Under the pieces are notes generated by a model, which had not been told where the DNA came from, ran no database searches, and worked only from the letters and a program-made list of their open reading frames with translations. This document shows positions 4,427 through 5,093 of a stretch of DNA of 5,093 nucleotides, piece after piece. The position numbers and the translations under genes were made by a program. Every line of letters starts with the position of its first letter. The first letter of the stretch is position 1. This stretch comes from a virus: positions 1 through 5,093 of the IMG/VR virus record IMGVR_UViG_3300038728_000007; one strand, given 5' to 3'.

Positions 4427-4523
4427 CCTTTCTGTAGTCCGATGCAATCAGCACCAGACTATAAATATTAAGTCCAAGATCCATGAGGATTAGGAAAAAC
4501 ATAGCAAAAAGTAAACCTTCCAT
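4416..4523 (-). CDS. Unannotated 35-aa single-pass membrane peptide (MEGLLFAMFFLILMDLGLNIYSLVLIASDYRKDGE). Candidate lysis or membrane protein, or a coupling leader ORF.
   Basis: ATG 4523..4521 overlaps the VP3 stop as TAATG. GGAGGTGA lies upstream with 6 nt spacing. TAA at 4418..4416 lies 8 nt past the VP1 ATG. Translated by hand from the reverse complement. About 25 hydrophobic residues are followed by a charged tail. Confidence 0.55.
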   Translation of the reverse strand: MEGLLFAMFFLILMDLGLNIYSLVLIASDYRKDGE

Positions 4524-5026
4524 TATACATCACCTCCAACAGATTCCTGTGTATCAGATTTCTGTGGATCAGGTTTCTGAGTATCAGGTTTCTGCTTATT
4601 AAGAGAATCCAGAGCAGAATCGAGAGAACCATCGAGGAAACTCTGAATAAACAGATTTGAATCATAGTTAAACAACTCCTGAACCTCAGACGGAAACTCA
4701 GAGAAACTCTCACGGAACTGTCTTGTCTTCTGCATTGCATCCACAACATCTCGTGGCATCATAGACAAATCCACGCAGTTCTTTTCATCGAAATCAGTAG
4801 AGATTAATCCAGCCTGTAATTTATCCAGAATCACAGCCATATCGCATCCGGGAGCATAACTATTAATATACGCAGATATATCAATATCACGAATCTTAGT
4901 AAGACACTTGCGACCATCTTTACCTACAGATAACTTATACTCTTCACGAGTAGCTGTTCCGGGGTTACTTTCCACCGGAACAGGATCTTCATATACATCA
5001 TACATTGTCAGCCACTTTTTCGACAT
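4523..5026 (-). CDS. VP3: Internal scaffolding protein VP3 (Chlamydia-phage-type scaffold), 167 aa from the preferred start.
   Basis: It lies directly upstream of VP1. The central block DLSMMPRDVVDAMQKTRQFRESFSEFPSEVQELFNYDSNLF follows the pattern I associate with gokushovirus VP3 (P.D...A......F..[LF]P..[IV]...F..D...F). The track start at 5035 is GTG. ATG 5026 is preferred because GAGGTG lies 6 nt upstream. The gene crosses the circular junction (4966/1). Confidence 0.8.
   Translation of the reverse strand: MSKKWLTMYDVYEDPVPVESNPGTATREEYKLSVGKDGRKCLTKIRDIDISAYINSYAPGCDMAVILDKLQAGLISTDFDEKNCVDLSMMPRDVVDAMQKTRQFRESFSEFPSEVQELFNYDSNLFIQSFLDGSLDSALDSLNKQKPDTQKPDPQKSDTQESVGGDV
4550..4594 (-). 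repeat. Three tandem 15-nt units encoding QKPDT / QKPDP / QKSDT at the VP3 C-terminus.
   Basis: Minus strand reads CAGAAACCTGATACT CAGAAACCTGATCCA CAGAAATCTGATACA, followed by a degenerate fourth unit CAGGAATCTGTTGGA (4549..4535). Confidence 0.85.
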
Positions 5027-5093
5027 ACTCATCACCTCGCAGAATTACAGGAATCGGAATACCAGCTTCATCAGCTTCTACCAGCACATTATC
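4967..5093. repeat. Terminal direct repeat, copy B (identical to 1..127).
   Basis: See copy A. Identity was verified across all 127 nt. Confidence 0.95.

Noticed and set aside
4468-4749. 93-aa minus-strand ORF overlapping the VP3 3' end (NLILRNLIHRNLIHRNL)
   Set aside because: Its repetitive sequence is the VP3 15-nt tandem repeat read in another frame. Its 3' end occupies the VP3-VP1 spacer in a different frame from the SD-supported 35-aa ORF.

Overview
The window holds one complete, circularly permuted genome of a small ssDNA phage of the family Microviridae, with a Gokushovirinae-like gene set. A 127-nt terminal redundancy (1..127 is identical to 4967..5093) gives a unit length of 4966 nt. 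All credible genes lie on the minus strand. Read along that strand the order is VP3 internal scaffold, a 35-aa hydrophobic ORF missing from the ORF track, VP1 major capsid, VP2 DNA pilot protein, VP4 HUH rolling-circle replication initiator, a 39-aa basic phiX174-J-like DNA-binding protein, a 98-aa acidic ORF of unknown function, then VP3 again across the junction. Gene ends are tightly coupled (TAATG, ATGA and 11-29 nt overlaps) and most starts have AAAGGA or GGAGG Shine-Dalgarno sequences. No tRNA, rRNA, CRISPR array, transposase or integrase is visible. The three non-coding regions are the most interesting part. The VP4/J spacer carries a dif/cer-like Xer site between two stem-loops, plus a TTGACA-16-TATGAT promoter whose spacer is a C8 homopolymer. 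The VP2/VP4 spacer carries four consecutive stem-loops, three of them shaped like intrinsic terminators pointing antisense to every gene. The VP1/VP2 spacer carries GACAGAC repeats around an AT-rich core. All functional assignments come from remembered family motifs and reading the sequence by eye. No database search was run.
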